DNA of 64,000 nucleotides from an uncultured virus (IMG/VR IMGVR_UViG_3300006467_000431) (Duplodnaviria > Heunggongvirae > Uroviricota > Caudoviricetes). Of this stretch, positions 8,624 to 17,412 are shown one piece after another; positions within the stretch are counted from its first letter, which is position 1; every line of letters begins with the position of its first letter. Position numbers and translations under genes: made by a program. The notes below the pieces were generated by a model. That model made no database searches. It saw nothing but the letters and a program-made list of their open reading frames with translations, and had not been told where the DNA came from. The stretch lies in the IMG/VR virus record IMGVR_UViG_3300006467_000431. One strand, given 5' to 3'.

Positions 8624-10777
8624 CTACATCTCCCTGGGGCGCCCTTTGGCGGCCAGTTCGTCGTTGCGTTCTTGTTGGGCTTCGAGGATCATCTCGTGAG
8701 CTCGCTCGGGCGAAACCCATTCGAGACCATGTTGCTCTGCAAAGATTCTTCGCCACTCGACATCGGATGGTTCAGCGAAGCCGGTACGGTAGCCCTTGCA
8801 TTCGAGAGCGCAGCCGGCGAGGCCTTCGATGAGGCACCCTGCATCGACGAGTGCCTCGAGGATGCCTCCGAACTTGCTGGGCTTCATGGGATAGAGCCGC
8901 AGGTGGTAGTTGCCAGCGGATCCTTCGACGCTGTAGGCGTAGGGGAACTCCTGCTCTTCGACTCCGTTTGCGGTCAGTGTGAAGTACTGGGCGAAGAGGC
9001 TTCCGAAGCGGTTCTTGCTGGCGGTTAGGCGTCGTAGTCCAAGGTCGTCGTCGGGGATCGTGCAGACTACGTCGACCATGTGGTTGAGCATGTTCGGGCC
9101 CAACATTCCGCCGTCCTTTGTGAACTGGGCGATGAAGATGGCGACGGCTCCAGCCTTGCGCACGTGCTCAATGACGCGGCGCACGATGTCGGAAGACCCA
9201 GGACCTGTCTCGAGCTGAGAGATGGAGTCGACGATGACGCGGTCGCCCTTCTTGAGCTGCAGCAGGTCCTCTTCGAGTTGCTCCCAGTTGTAGCAGTTCG
9301 TCATGACAGGGACCTGCACGTTGCTGGATCCCATGATCCGGTACCAGGCGTGGGCAACCTCCTCGAGTTCCTGCTCGGTGCTGATGAACAATGTTGGGCT
9401 CAACTTGAGGCAGATGCTAGTGTTGTGGGTGACGAGGTAGTCGTCGGTGATGTAGAGGTTCCTAGCAGTGGAGACTCGGATGCAGCGCACGATCTCTTCA
9501 CCGTTCGACTCAATGCTCACGATGGGATTGCGAATCTTGCGCTCTTTCCATCTTTCGACCTTTCTGGGACAACCGAAGGGACAGAAGGGAGTTTTGATGT
9601 AGACGCGCCAGGAGAGGGCGCCGCTTTTCTTCTCGCCCTTGTAGGTGTAGGTGGTTTGGCGTGGGTCCGAGAGCTTGGCCGTGCCCCCCATCTCTCGAAC
9701 GAGACGCTGAACGTCGAGAGCGAGCTGGTTCGACGAGGTGTTGAAGGTGATGGTTGTACCCTTGTCTTGGATGTCGCCGTCGGTGTCCATGAGGCCACGG
9801 AGCAGATCGATCCTGTCTTCGAGAGGAAGCAGGAAGCAGATGCTGGGGATGAACTTCGAGTAGGCGTTGTGTCCCCAGACTTCGAGTTCTTCGAGAGCTG
9901 CCCGTACGGGGTTCTTGATGTAAGGCCCTCTCTTTGGAGTCGAGATCCTGAAGGTGTTGCCCGAGTTGAAGGCCAGTCTCAGCTCTGGATCGAGCGCGAC
10001 GCTCTCTTCCTCGACACGTCGAAGGACGTAGCTGTCGCTGTTTGAGATGGTCGGGCTTCCCTCGGTGATCGTTCCGTCCCCGATGAGTGCTCCGAGCAGG
10101 TAGGGAGCCAGAGGGATCGAGGTGGGAGTGTCACTCTGTAGAGCTGTTGGGAGAGGAAGATCCCAGTTGTACAGCTTGTAACCAGTGTTCTTGTTGATGT
10201 ATTGAATACCACGTTCTAGAAGCTCGGCTGTGCTTCGTACCTGGTACCGGCCGCTTCTACGTTGGTTGTAGCTTTGGACAAGCCAGAGGTGGTCTTCACA
10301 GCAACGTGTCTTGGCTCCGCTCTGGGTCTCGACGGTGAACACAGGGCGTATGCCTCGCTCGAAGATCTCGAGCACTTCGCCTTCGCCTCCATCTGGGTCA
10401 ATGACCAGGTCTCCAACTCTGAGCTCACCCATGAGCTTCCATCCACTCGGGGTCAGAACCTTGGCATCAAGCGGCTGGGCCTTCCCAGATCCTTTATTTC
10501 CCGAAAGGATGACGGTCCCTCCCTCTCGCATCTGCAGTCGGTTCCATGGATGAGGAAGAGGTTCGAGAAGTCTTGGCTCCTGCTTGCTGGGCCGGGCTCG
10601 GCGGCTGTCGATGTCGCTGCTGCCGCACCTTGGGCAGATTTGGATGTGGCTCTCGTTGATCGGAAGCGCACACCAGTAGCAGACCCTTCGGTTCTGGATG
10701 GCCTGGCTCTTCTGACTCGAGAGCAGCTCCTTGTCGTCAGACCCCATCCCGATCCCCTGTCCGCTGTTGTGCGGCAT
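8624..10777 (-). CDS. radA: RadA/Sms-like RecA-family ATPase interrupted by an intein
   Basis: N-terminal CxxC..CxxC; Walker A GNKGSGK|T split by intein; Walker B VIVDSISQ; GPNMLNHMVD and KNRFG signature. Confidence 0.8.
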   Translation of the reverse strand: MPHNSGQGIGMGSDDKELLSSQKSQAIQNRRVCYWCALPINESHIQICPRCGSSDIDSRRARPSKQEPRLLEPLPHPWNRLQMREGGTVILSGNKGSGKAQPLDAKVLTPSGWKLMGELRVGDLVIDPDGGEGEVLEIFERGIRPVFTVETQSGAKTRCCEDHLWLVQSYNQRRSGRYQVRSTAELLERGIQYINKNTGYKLYNWDLPLPTALQSDTPTSIPLAPYLLGALIGDGTITEGSPTISNSDSYVLRRVEEESVALDPELRLAFNSGNTFRISTPKRGPYIKNPVRAALEELEVWGHNAYSKFIPSICFLLPLEDRIDLLRGLMDTDGDIQDKGTTITFNTSSNQLALDVQRLVREMGGTAKLSDPRQTTYTYKGEKKSGALSWRVYIKTPFCPFGCPRKVERWKERKIRNPIVSIESNGEEIVRCIRVSTARNLYITDDYLVTHNTSICLKLSPTLFISTEQELEEVAHAWYRIMGSSNVQVPVMTNCYNWEQLEEDLLQLKKGDRVIVDSISQLETGPGSSDIVRRVIEHVRKAGAVAIFIAQFTKDGGMLGPNMLNHMVDVVCTIPDDDLGLRRLTASKNRFGSLFAQYFTLTANGVEEQEFPYAYSVEGSAGNYHLRLYPMKPSKFGGILEALVDAGCLIEGLAGCALECKGYRTGFAEPSDVEWRRIFAEQHGLEWVSPERAHEMILEAQQERNDELAAKGRPREM
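9422..10480 (-). mobile_element. Class 3 (Ala1) intein with LAGLIDADG homing endonuclease, 353 aa
   Basis: Starts AQPLDAKVLTPSGW, ends LVTHN before Thr+1; block B DHLW, block F VRCI, block G THN (W-C-T triad); LGALIGDG and LRGLMDTDG motifs. Confidence 0.88.
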
Positions 10778-10799
10778 CGAAAACGCCCAGATCTGACTG

Positions 10800-11040
10800 A
10801 TTCTGGATTTCGTAGCGTTGCATGGTGCTTATTCTACTTTCTGGCTGAGAAGACGCTTTGGGAGGCCATCATGATGAATGTTTTTTTCTTCTCCCGTTTC
10901 AAGGACGCTGTCCAGCTATATGTGCGTTCCACAAGCTTCGATTTATGGTTCGTTTCGATGTAAAAACTCAGTATCTATGCGGACTTCATTCTGATTTGGG
11001 CAAAATACCCAGAATTTATGTTCAATCAAGGATAGCCCTG
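10800..11040. promoter_or_regulatory. AT-rich divergent intergenic control region
   Basis: Marked AT enrichment between the radA-like operon (-) and the structural operon (+). Confidence 0.55.
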
Positions 11041-11138
11041 TTGCCTCCTTGCGTTTGGCGGCGTGTGGCGTAAATTCATCAACGAACGGTCGAGGGGTCA
11101 TCCCAGACCATCACCCCACCGAAACTTCGGAGGACACG

Positions 11139-11543
11139 ATGTACGACGCCTGGACCATGGTCGGTGTTGGCGGCGGATCTGCGGCCCTTTCGTGGCTTGC
11201 AGCCGGCCGTGAGACCAACGGCGAGAACACCCTGCGCCTGTCGCTCGACAAGAGCGGCTCCCTTCTCGGAGACGTTCGTCTCCTGGGTGGCGCCCTGACG
11301 TGGATCGCCTCGATGTACACCAGCGGCCAGACGAAGAAGGCCATGCAGACCGTCTCGGCGGCCGCCTTCTTCTCGCTGCTGCAGACGGAGCTCATCCGGA
11401 TGCGGCTGGCGAAGCAGGGCCAGGTGCGCATCGCCCAGAAGCTTCCGCTCGCTCCGGGCGTTGCTTTCGGTGCCCTTCCGGGCCCGAACGCCGCTCACCA
11501 GCAGCATGCCTACGCCCCCCAGGGCGCCTGGGCTGGCCGGTAG
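11139..11543 (+). CDS. Small hydrophobic protein, probably highly expressed membrane/virion protein
   Basis: GGAGG RBS; very strong C/G-ending codon bias; hydrophobic helices; VAFGAL motif. Confidence 0.75.
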   Translation: MYDAWTMVGVGGGSAALSWLAAGRETNGENTLRLSLDKSGSLLGDVRLLGGALTWIASMYTSGQTKKAMQTVSAAAFFSLLQTELIRMRLAKQGQVRIAQKLPLAPGVAFGALPGPNAAHQQHAYAPQGAWAGR

Positions 11544-11658
11544 GCCTCCCATCACGAAGGGGGCTTCACGGCGCCTCTTCGTTGGCCGAAAGGCCTCCCC
11601 ACGCGAGGTGACGCCAGTGGTGTCTCTTCGTTGGCCGTAAGGCCACGGCCGTAAGGCC
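11535..11658 (+). repeat. Structured 49-nt tandem repeat with four GGCC-N4-GGCC hairpins in the leader of the capsid candidate
   Basis: Hairpins at 11535, 11584, 11633, 11647 (loops GGTA, GAAA, GTAA, GTAA); ctcttcgttggccgWaaggcc duplicated at 11575 and 11624. Confidence 0.75.
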
Positions 11659-11738
11659 ACCCAAACCTTCGGTGCCCGGTTCTCGGGTGCCACAACGACC
11701 AAGCAGCTTCACCCATGCCCCTGGGGCAGGAGGAAACC

Positions 11739-12539
11739 ATGGACCAGTACGGTGGCATCCTCGGAATCGCGACCAACCCGGCAGAGCGTCTGTCGAAGGT
11801 CGAGAACCGCATCGAGCGCCTCATCAACCGGGGTGTCAGCACCCCCCGTCAGAAGGGCAAGCTCGCCCGCCTGATGGGCATCCGCGACAAGCTCATCGCC
11901 AAGACGGCCGCGAAGAAGGGCGCTGCCCTCGCCGCTGCCTCCATTCCTGGTGTCGCTGGCGGTCTCGCCAGCTCCGGCATCCGTGGCATGGATGTCATCG
12001 AGCACGAGTTCTCCCCGGAGGTCATCCGGCAGCACAACCTCGAGGGTGCGGCTCAGGGCCTGCGCCAGAGCTCCGTGGCCCCTCCCGGCTCCGGTCGCCT
12101 GGTGCCGATCCCCTTCGTCGTCGCTGGTGCGGTCAACCCCGTCCACGCCGTGGTCGGTGGATCCGGTGCCATCGGCGCCGAGACGTCTCTGCAGACCAAG
12201 GCGGTCAACTGGGCCGTCCTCCGCATCGTCGCGCTCACCACGCAGACCATCGCGGCGGCCACCGGTGTGGTCGGTGTCATGCAGGACTTCAAGATCGGTG
12301 GTTCTCCGAACCTCTTCCTCGACGAGTCCTACGTCCTGATGGACGACTACGACACCGACAAGGAGCAGTTCGCCGGCCTCCGTGCGTACCCCATCCTGAT
12401 CAGCCCGAACACCGCCTTCGTCAACGTGGGTGCCTTCGCCCCCGCTGGCCAGACGCTGTACACGGCCGTCAGCCTCGTCACCGAGGTCATGCGGGACGAT
12501 GCCTTCGGGCCGGGCCTGCCGGGCGCCTACGCACGGTAG
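11739..12539 (+). CDS. Candidate major capsid protein (basic N-arm plus beta-rich, possibly jelly-roll domain)
   Basis: AGGAGG RBS; extreme codon bias; structured leader and own terminator; N-term QYG-GILGIA; alternating beta-strand pattern. Capsid identity is inference. Confidence 0.5.
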   Translation: MDQYGGILGIATNPAERLSKVENRIERLINRGVSTPRQKGKLARLMGIRDKLIAKTAAKKGAALAAASIPGVAGGLASSGIRGMDVIEHEFSPEVIRQHNLEGAAQGLRQSSVAPPGSGRLVPIPFVVAGAVNPVHAVVGGSGAIGAETSLQTKAVNWAVLRIVALTTQTIAAATGVVGVMQDFKIGGSPNLFLDESYVLMDDYDTDKEQFAGLRAYPILISPNTAFVNVGAFAPAGQTLYTAVSLVTEVMRDDAFGPGLPGAYAR

Positions 12540-12612
12540 TCCACTCGGTCGCGGCACACAAGCGCCCCCCGCGCCGTGCTCCGTGACCTAGTGAGCCTCC
12601 AGCTCGACAAGG

Positions 12613-12646
12613 GCGGGGTCGGGGTATCCCCGGCCCCGCTTTTGTT
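12613..12646 (+). terminator. Rho-independent terminator
   Basis: gcggggtcgggg-tat-ccccggccccgc stem followed by ttttgtt. Confidence 0.85.
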
Positions 12647-12680
12647 GTTCCTGTTCATACTCGCACTGTGAGGTAGTCCG

Positions 12681-13910
12681 ATGGGCTCCACCAACACGCC
12701 GGCCGATGCACATCCTCGGTTTGGCTTCACCGAGAAGCGGATCATCAACGAAGCTCTGACCGACGCGTCGCTGGTCGGTACGGCGGTTCCCCGGACGGCT
12801 GGACTCCAGTACGTCGTGGCGATGGGAACCTTCGCACTGACTGCAGGGACGGGTGAGGTTCAGCTCCTTGTCGAAGGTTCCAACGACAACTCCAACTGGG
12901 TCACCCTGGGCCAGACGGCTCCGACCGAGAACTTCACGACGAATGGGCAGTTCCAGCTGCTCAACGTGGGAGGAACGGGCCAGGTTGATCTCGAGCACTG
13001 GGCGTGGATCCGCACGCGTGCGGTGATCGTGGCGGGTACGCCGACCTTCACCCTGACCACCATCGTCACGGGCATCGCTCGGGACTGCGACAAGTTCCTG
13101 CGTGGTTCGGACGATCCGTTCGGCCCTCGACTCGGAGCGACGCCGACGGTGCAGAACAGCACCACCTTCAAGCGTCCGGCAGGCACTCTCCTGGCGAACT
13201 GTCAGGCGGTGGCCGTGGGCGTTGTCCTGGGTGGCCTGACGAGCTTCGACGTGGCGGTGCAGGGTTCGCCGGATGGCGGTACGACCTGGATCGACCTGGC
13301 AACGGCTTCGATCACCGGCGACGGCGCGGTGACCCTTCTCGATGACACGAGCCGGTTCTTCTCCCTGTCGCAGTACTTCAACCTGCGCTTCCAGGTGCTG
13401 GACAACGGTGTGGCTGGTGGCACGACCGCTTTCACGAGCATCACCTTCTACATGTCGATGGACGACTGTGACTGGGTCATCGATGGTGATGCTTCCGGTG
13501 CAGGCGGCGGTGGGCTCACGCCTTCCGATGTGTTCATCTCGGTCGACTTCGGAACCCCTGGTGCCGAGGCTGCGAACACGATCGCCATCGGTGGTCAGAT
13601 CTACGATGCTGACGGTGCTCCTCTCACCGAGGCGCGCAAGATCGAGCTCATCGTGTACGACACGAGCCAGGCCGGTGATGCCGACCTCGCTGTCAACGCG
13701 ACGTTCTCCGCGATCAACACCGGTGTCGCCGTCGCGGGTATCGCGACCAACCGCCTGGTCCTGACGACGAACGCCAGCGGGGTGTTCAACGTGGATGTCC
13801 TCGATGTGGCGGCGGAGTCGGTGTACGTGACGGCGGTGAACCCCGCTGGACCGAACAGCACTCCTCAGCTCATCGCGGCCGCGACTCAGGCGACCCTGAC
13901 GTTCGCCTGA
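12681..13910 (+). CDS. Beta-sandwich repeat protein, putative vertex/spike/minor capsid protein
   Basis: T/G/A/V-rich; repeated VEGSNDNSNW / VQGSPDGGTTW units typical of virion beta-sandwich proteins; paralog of next gene. Confidence 0.65.
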   Translation: MGSTNTPADAHPRFGFTEKRIINEALTDASLVGTAVPRTAGLQYVVAMGTFALTAGTGEVQLLVEGSNDNSNWVTLGQTAPTENFTTNGQFQLLNVGGTGQVDLEHWAWIRTRAVIVAGTPTFTLTTIVTGIARDCDKFLRGSDDPFGPRLGATPTVQNSTTFKRPAGTLLANCQAVAVGVVLGGLTSFDVAVQGSPDGGTTWIDLATASITGDGAVTLLDDTSRFFSLSQYFNLRFQVLDNGVAGGTTAFTSITFYMSMDDCDWVIDGDASGAGGGGLTPSDVFISVDFGTPGAEAANTIAIGGQIYDADGAPLTEARKIELIVYDTSQAGDADLAVNATFSAINTGVAVAGIATNRLVLTTNASGVFNVDVLDVAAESVYVTAVNPAGPNSTPQLIAAATQATLTFA

Positions 13911-13920
13911 TGTTCTGCGC

Positions 13921-13954
13921 TGCCGATCGGTTCCCCTCTGGGTTCCGATCGGCA
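13921..13954 (+). terminator. Intergenic stem-loop
   Basis: tgccgatcgg ... ccgatcggca 10-bp inverted repeat; no strong U-tract. Confidence 0.45.
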
Positions 13955-14029
13955 CCTCTGCAGGGTATGTTCTGTCTGAAACTTTCTTTCGGTCCGGACT
14001 CTGTCCACTGACCTCTTGGGGAACTGACC

Positions 14030-15661
14030 ATGCAGTCTCGTCTTCTCGAACAGATCCCGCGCTTCGGTTGGAACAAGAAGACGCTCATCGACGATGTGGC
14101 GATTGGCGATGGTGGTGGTGCAGATCCGTTGACGACGGATCCTGTGGAGCGTCCGCCGGGCATGTTTCAGGCGGCGGTTCAGCTGAGCATCGTCGGCGGT
14201 TCGTCGTCTGGGGTTGGTGAGATTGGAGTTGTTCTCGAGGGGAGCAATTCGGGAGACGGGACCAACGACCTGGAGTGGTTTCCGATCGCTTCGCTGGCGA
14301 TCGACAGCCTCTTCACGGTGCCGGACGCGAACGACCAGTTCCGTCTGATGGGATCCATTCCGTCGGGGTACCAGGGTACCTCCGGCAACATCAACCTGGG
14401 TCGCTTCGCTTACGTTCGCCTTCGTGCCGAGGCCCATATCGCGACCATCACGGTGCTGTCGGCTCCGACGACGGCGCCTACGGCTACTCTGACGATCGAG
14501 GGAGTGGTCCTCACGCCTGCGGGCGGTCCTCGTACTCCTGGCAACAACGACTACGACAACACGCTGGGTACGACAGGGGCGATTGCGACCGAGATCGCTG
14601 CCGCCATCAACGACGTTGCCAACGATTTCAAGACCGATGTGCTCGCGGTGTCCGTGACTGGATCGGACATTCTGCTCATTCCCGGTGTGCAGAGCGAGGA
14701 CAGTGGTTTCTCGTTGATCTCTGGACTTCCTGCCGAGCTCGAGGTGCCAAGCTACTCGATCACGGCCAGGATGTCTGGAATTTCCGGTGATGGAGAGAAG
14801 TTTCTTCGGACGAAGAACGCGACCAGCGATGCTGGAGACCCGGTCGACCAGACCTCCAATGGCTACATCGAGCGTCCAGCTGGGACTCGCTTCATGACCG
14901 CGACGGCAAAGCTCGTATCCGGCGTGTGGACCCCCGCGAATGCTACGGGTCTCTCGGTGCAGTTGCAGGGGGCTGTGGACAAGGAGTCGGCCGATGCCGG
15001 CAACTTCATCTTGATCCAGGAGCAGTTCCTGACAGCTCCTCCGTTGTTGGCGCCTCCCGTTGATGGTCTGACGCAGCTGTTCGATCCGTCGGGCGGCATC
15101 GTCATCGACATGGGTCCCTACAACTTCTTCCGGATCTCCGTGGCAGCAGCTGGGGCAACTCCTCCGACGGATGCGACGGCGTACACGGTCCTCTTCTCCC
15201 TTGCCTTCGATGACAACGACTGGCTCGATGGGGAGTCGAATGTTGCGAAGCTTTCTTCGACGCTTCAGTCGCAGTTCCTTCAGGTGCGTTGGGGTACGCC
15301 ACAGCCCCAGGTGGGAACTACAGTCACGCTTCCCGGTCAGTTCGTGGACTTCAACGGAGTTCCGGTCAAGGATGGTGCGAGCTACGCGGTCTACGTGGTG
15401 TGCTCGGATGATTCGAGGGACAAGTACAACAGCCCGCATCCGACGGCAACGCTGACGAGCCTCTACAGCCAGGGTTCGGTGACGGGCACCACGAGGATCC
15501 TCGTGGGGCGCAACCAGGCCGATTTCACGGTGGTGGTGGACAGCAACGGTGCGCCAACGACGGCCTACATCTCGGCGGACTACTACGTGGACTCCCCCTC
15601 CAGCGCTCTCTTCCCCTACATCCTCGTTTCTTCCGAGGTTGCTGCCGTCGTTCTGACGTAA
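14030..15661 (+). CDS. Beta-sandwich repeat protein, paralog of 12681-13910 with inserted domain
   Basis: Shared blocks PRFG(F/W), LEGSN, KFLR, RPAGT, DD(C/N)DW, GQxxDxxGxP. Confidence 0.65.
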   Translation: MQSRLLEQIPRFGWNKKTLIDDVAIGDGGGADPLTTDPVERPPGMFQAAVQLSIVGGSSSGVGEIGVVLEGSNSGDGTNDLEWFPIASLAIDSLFTVPDANDQFRLMGSIPSGYQGTSGNINLGRFAYVRLRAEAHIATITVLSAPTTAPTATLTIEGVVLTPAGGPRTPGNNDYDNTLGTTGAIATEIAAAINDVANDFKTDVLAVSVTGSDILLIPGVQSEDSGFSLISGLPAELEVPSYSITARMSGISGDGEKFLRTKNATSDAGDPVDQTSNGYIERPAGTRFMTATAKLVSGVWTPANATGLSVQLQGAVDKESADAGNFILIQEQFLTAPPLLAPPVDGLTQLFDPSGGIVIDMGPYNFFRISVAAAGATPPTDATAYTVLFSLAFDDNDWLDGESNVAKLSSTLQSQFLQVRWGTPQPQVGTTVTLPGQFVDFNGVPVKDGASYAVYVVCSDDSRDKYNSPHPTATLTSLYSQGSVTGTTRILVGRNQADFTVVVDSNGAPTTAYISADYYVDSPSSALFPYILVSSEVAAVVLT

Positions 15662-15672
15662 GAGGAATCTCC

Positions 15673-17028
15673 ATGATCTCGCCTCACTTCAACCTGTCTG
15701 GCTCGGACGCTCGTGGGCTTCTCTACGGCCTCATGGAGACGGACAAGATCCAGCTTCGGGAGAATCCGGGTCTTCCGTCGATGCGTCAGCTCATTCAGCA
15801 GGGGCGTGTTCGGTACCGCCGTGCAGATCCACAGGAGCACTGGCAGTCCTACAAGGAGCTTGTCGAGCAGACCGAGGATGGCGGGACGGCCTACGGAGAC
15901 TGCGAGGACCTCGCGACAGCTCTCGCTGCCGAGGACCAGGTTCGGTATGGGGTGCAGTCCATTCCGTATGCCTACACGCCCCGTGAGGGCCTGTTCCATG
16001 TCGTCACGGCCGTTCCCCGTGGTCAGTTTGGAGGCATTCCTCGCCATCATTGGCCTGACGCGAAGGGTGCTCCGTCCATCGCGGGATACGTTCTGCAAGA
16101 CCCCTCGGCTGCTGCGGGCATGGGCACGTTCGGGGGTCTTCCCGGAAAGGAGGTTTCCGTGCAGAACACCTATGGAGCACTTCCGTCGAAGCGTCGTCGC
16201 CGTGGTGGAGGCCTTGGTGGTGTCCTCTCGGCGCTCAAGCAGGGACTCATCGGTGAGGAGAAGGCCGTTCAGGCTGCTTTCGACATCGGGAGCGGCGCGC
16301 GTGAGGGCATCGGCATCGAGAAGGACTGGGCCGCTCAGCTCGGTCGTCAGCTCGGTGGTCGCTTCGGTCCGGGTGGCTCTTCTGTCTCTCCGGAAGATCA
16401 GGAGGCTGCCGCTGTCTCGGCCCTGAGGAAGGGAGCGGCAGCCGAGGAGAAGGCGCTGGCTTCGGCCGACGAGGACGAGGACATCGACATGGACCTTGAG
16501 GACGAGGAGTTCGGCTTCTGGTTCGAAGGTGATCCTGACCTGGAGTTCGACGAGGACGACCTCGATGATGAGTTCGGCTTCGAGGGAGAGGACTGGACGG
16601 GCAGTTCGGCGTGGCATATGGACGCTCTGGCGACGCGTGTGTCGGACGATCTGTTCGGAGCTCTCGATGACGACGAGGGTGCCTACCAGATGGGCATCTT
16701 CCACGAGGCCATCGACGACTTCCACGATGACCTTCACGAAGACGTTGGGCCACGTCATCGCTACGGAGAGGATCGCTTCACGCCGCCTGCCCACATGCGC
16801 CCTCCTCCCCACATCCGTGGACCCATCGATGCTCCCATGGCTTCCTACAGGGAGGGTGGGGACGATGGTGCTCTCGGAATCTCGATGCAGAGGAAGTCGC
16901 GCAAGGCTTCGTCCGGCGGCTCCTTCGGCTTCATGCCTCGAGATGTCCTCTTCGGACAGATCGAGGAAGATCTCGAGGACGAGCTCGACGAAGACATGGA
17001 CTTCTTCGACGATGAGGATCTGCTGTGA
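15673..17028 (+). CDS. Transglutaminase-like (papain-fold) Cys-His-Asp enzyme with acidic FG-motif tail; candidate maturation protease
   Basis: YGDCEDLA (Cys), LFHVVTAV (His), LQDPSAAAGM (Asp) in correct order; tail has EEFGF, DEFGF, DLFGA. Confidence 0.7.
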   Translation: MISPHFNLSGSDARGLLYGLMETDKIQLRENPGLPSMRQLIQQGRVRYRRADPQEHWQSYKELVEQTEDGGTAYGDCEDLATALAAEDQVRYGVQSIPYAYTPREGLFHVVTAVPRGQFGGIPRHHWPDAKGAPSIAGYVLQDPSAAAGMGTFGGLPGKEVSVQNTYGALPSKRRRRGGGLGGVLSALKQGLIGEEKAVQAAFDIGSGAREGIGIEKDWAAQLGRQLGGRFGPGGSSVSPEDQEAAAVSALRKGAAAEEKALASADEDEDIDMDLEDEEFGFWFEGDPDLEFDEDDLDDEFGFEGEDWTGSSAWHMDALATRVSDDLFGALDDDEGAYQMGIFHEAIDDFHDDLHEDVGPRHRYGEDRFTPPAHMRPPPHIRGPIDAPMASYREGGDDGALGISMQRKSRKASSGGSFGFMPRDVLFGQIEEDLEDELDEDMDFFDDEDLL

Positions 17029-17345
17029 AGTACACCAGCGCCAACGCTGTCATGCTCGAGCATCGCTACCCTGGGTCCACCGAGACCTACGGCCAGTACG
17101 ACCTGGTGGGGGATGCAGTGGTTCGTGAGATGTTCGGTGCTGTGCGTCGGGGATCTTCCTATGGCACTCTCCCGGTTGGCGCAGAAGGGGCAGTCCAGCT
17201 TCAGCCCGTGGTCGCAGCGGGTGTCGACACAGGAACAGTTCAACTCGCTTCTCTGGCTCCGCAGCCCTCTCTGACCCCCGGTGCAGAAGATGGCGTGGAG
17301 ATGGGTTTTGCAGAGTTCATGAGGGAGTACGGGATACGTGGTTGA
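17025..17345 (+). CDS. Small protein with ANAxxxxHRY N-terminal motif
   Basis: GTGA overlap with upstream stop; ETYG, EMFG, SYG motifs. Confidence 0.6.
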   Translation: MKYTSANAVMLEHRYPGSTETYGQYDLVGDAVVREMFGAVRRGSSYGTLPVGAEGAVQLQPVVAAGVDTGTVQLASLAPQPSLTPGAEDGVEMGFAEFMREYGIRG

Positions 17346-17412
17346 AGACCCATCCCCAACTGGATTGACAGGTACGGCCGAACAGGCCAAGATCATCCTC
17401 GGAGGCAGCATC

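Noticed and set aside
7043..9028. Long antisense ORFs (also 20718-23126, 36244-37923, 56056-58155, 61849-63711, 13886-15439, 17317-19023)
   Set aside because: Shadow frames of real genes in high-GC DNA; no motifs or RBS support.
11575..11644. Canonical CRISPR array
   Set aside because: Only two 21-nt copies with a 28-nt self-pairing spacer and no type I-C-like ATTGAAAC end; kept as a structured leader. No array was seen elsewhere in the window.
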